From: an uncultured Bacteroidales bacterium
GTDB taxonomy: Bacteria; Bacteroidota; Bacteroidia; Bacteroidales; GCA-2748055
Length of the DNA stretch: 64,000 nucleotides
Reading direction: 5' to 3'
Assembly (NCBI GenBank): GCA_963779845.1
Contig: CAVZZV010000005.1
Coordinates: 956,245-1,020,244 of the forward strand
In this document: piece by piece, positions 61,191 to 64,000 of the stretch
Layout: each line of letters starts with the position of its first letter
How positions within the stretch are numbered: the stretch's first letter is position 1
Position numbers and translations under genes: made by a program
Notes under the pieces: model-generated
What the model was told of the DNA's origin: nothing
Database searches by the model: none
What the model saw: the letters and a program-made list of their open reading frames with translations, nothing else

Positions 61191-61291
61191 TTTTGAAAAA
61201 TTCCAAACGATTCAAACAGAAAATTTAAATTACAGCATTATTATTTTGGAGGTCATGATTTTAGAGCCTCACTCAGAATACTTACCATACC

Positions 61292-61657
61292 ATGAATTTC
61301 AGTCTAATTCCAAAATCAGAAATTGAAAAATCCCGCCTTAATGTAGATATTGTTCATGATACAGCCTTGCAGATAATCAAAGATTTCGGAAGTTTTGGAT
61401 TGGAAATACACTTTCCGGAGGATTTGAACTATGCTTATGAAAACCTCTTTGAACAATTGGCTATCCAAATCGGGCCGTTACTTCTATACCAACCGGAACG
61501 ACTGGCTTCTCTCCTTTATCAGATTGATCTCGATGAAGAAAAGATAAGGAACCCTCAGGTTGAATTGTTTCAGGAGCAGGAATGGATTGCAGGGCTAATT
61601 CTCGAAAGGGAATTTTTGAAAGTACTCACGCGCTATTATTTTAAAAATAAAATGTGA
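61292..61657 (+). CDS. hypothetical protein
   Basis: 121-aa ORF with coding-like composition. No family recognised. Confidence 0.4.
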   Translation: MNFSLIPKSEIEKSRLNVDIVHDTALQIIKDFGSFGLEIHFPEDLNYAYENLFEQLAIQIGPLLLYQPERLASLLYQIDLDEEKIRNPQVELFQEQEWIAGLILEREFLKVLTRYYFKNKM

Positions 61658-61664
61658 GGATTGT

Positions 61665-62774
61665 TTATCTCACCACCGTCTCGTACTTCTGGTTTCTAAA
61701 CCGCGGTTTGAATCCTGCTTCAATTATTGCAGCCTGTATCCCTTCCTTATCCGTTCGGAAGGAGGCTCCTGCTGCGGATACAACATTTTCCTCAATCATG
61801 ACCGACCCCAGGTCGTCGGCACCTGCATGAAGACATATACCTGCGATTGGGAGTCCCACGGTTAACCAGGAAGCCTGAATGTGATTGATATTTGAAAGTA
61901 CAATTCTCGAAATTGCTATCAGCCGCAGATATTCGGTGGCTGATTGTTGATATTCACCAGGGAAACTCCTTTTTAAACGCGTTCCTTCAGATTGAAAAGG
62001 CCATGGGATGAAGGTTATAAATCCATAATGCTCCGGCGGTTTCTGTTCCTGAAGATCGCGAAGTTTAATAAGGTGTTCTATTCGCTGGCTGTCACTTTCT
62101 ATATGACCATACATCATTGTCGCTGAAGTAGGAAGATTAAGCTGATGGGCGATCCGCATTACCTCTAACCATTCATCACTGCCGCATTTTCCACCCGAAA
62201 TTCTCCTGCGGACCTCATCGCATAAAATTTCCGCTCCGGCACCGGGCAGGCTGTCAAGCCCACTGTCCATAAGTTCCCTAAGCACCTCTTCATACGAGGC
62301 TTTTTCTTTCATGGCAAGATCATGAATTTCCGGGGGACCAAGAGCATGGAGCCTTAACGCAGGAAATTCATTTTTCAAGGCTGAAAATAAATCTTTATAA
62401 AAATCTAATCCCAAATCAGGGTGTAGTCCACCCTGTAAGAGAATTTGATTTCCCCCCTCTTCAAAAAGTTCCTTAATTTTCACCCTGTACTCGTTCATGG
62501 AGGTGATATAAGCTTCCTCATGATCTTTCATGCGGTGGAAATTGCAGAACATGCAACGCGCTTTGCAAATATTGCTGATATTAATATTTCGGTCGATTAT
62601 CCATCCGACCTCCTCTCCCGGAACCTTCATTTTCCGTATTTTGTTCCCGAGCCACATCAGGATTTCCAAAGGGAGATTCCTGTATAAAAACAGGGCCTCT
62701 TCCCTGGTAAGAAATCCCATCGCGAGTACTTTTTCAATCAACCTGTCAGTATCCATATTTTTATTTCTCCCCAC
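61665..62774 (-). CDS. mqnC: radical SAM enzyme of the CofH/MqnC/MqnE family, probably cyclic dehypoxanthinyl futalosine synthase
   Basis: 369 aa with WIIDRNINISNICKARCMFCNFHR (CxxxCxxC). The IIDRNIN context resembles MqnC. Confidence 0.6.
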   Translation of the reverse strand: MGRNKNMDTDRLIEKVLAMGFLTREEALFLYRNLPLEILMWLGNKIRKMKVPGEEVGWIIDRNINISNICKARCMFCNFHRMKDHEEAYITSMNEYRVKIKELFEEGGNQILLQGGLHPDLGLDFYKDLFSALKNEFPALRLHALGPPEIHDLAMKEKASYEEVLRELMDSGLDSLPGAGAEILCDEVRRRISGGKCGSDEWLEVMRIAHQLNLPTSATMMYGHIESDSQRIEHLIKLRDLQEQKPPEHYGFITFIPWPFQSEGTRLKRSFPGEYQQSATEYLRLIAISRIVLSNINHIQASWLTVGLPIAGICLHAGADDLGSVMIEENVVSAAGASFRTDKEGIQAAIIEAGFKPRFRNQKYETVVR

Positions 62775-62845
62775 TGCAAAAATAACAAAAAAGCATCATG
62801 CTCATTTTTTTCTCCTATCTTTGTAAGAATAGAAATATCATAAAA

Positions 62846-64000
62846 ATGAGATTACTCAAGACACTTAGAGCACAAAATAACGATAACATTATCCTTGTCG
62901 GAAATAAAACAAGTGATTTTTCAGCATATCTCAAGTCCAACGAGGAGAAATCCTATCTGAAAACGCGTTTTGAGAAGGATAAAAACCAAGTTTCTCTGAA
63001 TCAGTATTCCCGGCAGGTATTCATTCAGTTAATTGAAAAGAAAGAAAATTTCACGATTAGCCGGAAATTGGAAGAACTTCGAAAAGCAGCGGTTCATTTA
63101 GGCAAGTCTATCAATAAATCAGGGATGACCACCGTGACGATAATCCCTGTTGAAGCAGAAAACGCAGAGGTCCTCGCACTTGCTGAAGGTCTTATTTTAT
63201 CCAATTATCAGTTTTTAAAGTACTTCAGTGAAAAAGAAACGAAGAAAAATTCCCTCGAAGAAATTCAAATACTCAGTGACCAAATTTCCGAAAGTGAAAT
63301 TCAGGAGCTTTCGGATCTTTGCGAAGCGGTCTACCATGCCCGCGACCTTGTAAATGAACCCCTCTCCTATCTTACGGCGGTCCAGCTGTCTAAAGAAATC
63401 GAAAAGTTGGGGGAAGAAGCGGGGTTCAGCGTAGAGGTGCTGAACAAAAAGAAAATTGAATCACTTAAAATGGGCGGTTTACTCGCTGTTAACAAGGGCA
63501 GCATTGACCCCCCTACATTTAACATCCTTGAATATAAACCTTCTAACGCCAGGAACAGCAAGCCATATGTTCTGGTTGGTAAAGGAATTGTATATGATAC
63601 CGGCGGGCTTAGCCTTAAACCGACTACCGATTCGATGGATTACATGAAATGTGATATGGCCGGTGCTGCAGCGGTCGCAGGTTCATTTTACGCAATAGCC
63701 CGGGCAGGATTGGATATTCATATCATTGGACTTATTCCGGCCACAGATAATCGTCCGGATGGAAATGCCTATGTACCGGGAGATGTGATAAAAATGTATG
63801 ATGGAACCACGGTTGAAGTCTTGAATACCGATGCAGAAGGAAGGATGGTACTGGCCGACGCTCTTTCCTGGGCTAAACAATATCAGCCTGAATTGGTCAT
63901 AGATCTGGCCACCCTCACGGGTTCGGCCCATGCTGCGATTGGGACCCAGGGGATGGTGGGAATGGGAAATGCTCCCCGGAAAGTTATGGACAGGCTTATT
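62846..64000 (+). CDS. pepA: leucyl aminopeptidase (M17), truncated by the window edge
   Basis: Absent from the ORF track because there is no stop in the window. The frame is open from ATG 62846 to 64000, with VGKGIVYDTGGLSLKP and NTDAEGRMVLADAL. Confidence 0.9.
   Translation, partial: MRLLKTLRAQNNDNIILVGNKTSDFSAYLKSNEEKSYLKTRFEKDKNQVSLNQYSRQVFIQLIEKKENFTISRKLEELRKAAVHLGKSINKSGMTTVTIIPVEAENAEVLALAEGLILSNYQFLKYFSEKETKKNSLEEIQILSDQISESEIQELSDLCEAVYHARDLVNEPLSYLTAVQLSKEIEKLGEEAGFSVEVLNKKKIESLKMGGLLAVNKGSIDPPTFNILEYKPSNARNSKPYVLVGKGIVYDTGGLSLKPTTDSMDYMKCDMAGAAAVAGSFYAIARAGLDIHIIGLIPATDNRPDGNAYVPGDVIKMYDGTTVEVLNTDAEGRMVLADALSWAKQYQPELVIDLATLTGSAHAAIGTQGMVGMGNAPRKVMDRLI

Overview
This is about 64 kb of a Bacteroidota chromosome. 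The phylum call rests on the gliding/T9SS genes gldH, porW/sprE and porX, an ExbB-ExbD cluster, an Oar-like TonB-dependent receptor and TAnnTTTG-type promoter boxes. I can support about 60 protein genes, and nearly all are housekeeping: pabBC, rmuC, a peroxiredoxin, ansA, tatD, dprA, proline dehydrogenase, pgk, holB, PSP1/ricT, trmB, mrp, tsaE, ald, plsC, waaA, class II RNR, kbl/tdh, aroA, tadA, aspS, rnhB, glycosyltransferases plus a flippase, superoxide reductase, dxr, rseP, tatA, an MqnC-like radical SAM enzyme and pepA. There are also two tRNAs: Ser-GGA and an initiator-type Met-CAT. I see no cas genes, reverse transcriptase, integrase, transposase or recognisable defence or toxin-antitoxin module. 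The one feature ordinary annotation does not explain is an 18-copy, 39-bp (13-codon) head-to-tail tandem array at 47338-48030 that starts at the tadA stop codon. It has a single stop-free frame, on the minus strand, and the differences between units fall preferentially on silent third-codon positions of that frame. The second theme is six apparent +/-1 frame breaks in otherwise intact genes: a GT2 glycosyltransferase, tatD, plsC, a small lipoprotein gene (two breaks) and one 38-bp repeat unit. All lie in short homopolymer runs, which points to assembly indels rather than gene decay. A short decayed stretch at 29.1-30.7 kb also holds histidine-kinase-like fragments on opposite strands. All functional calls come from reading the translations by eye, with no searches run, and gene starts are approximate.
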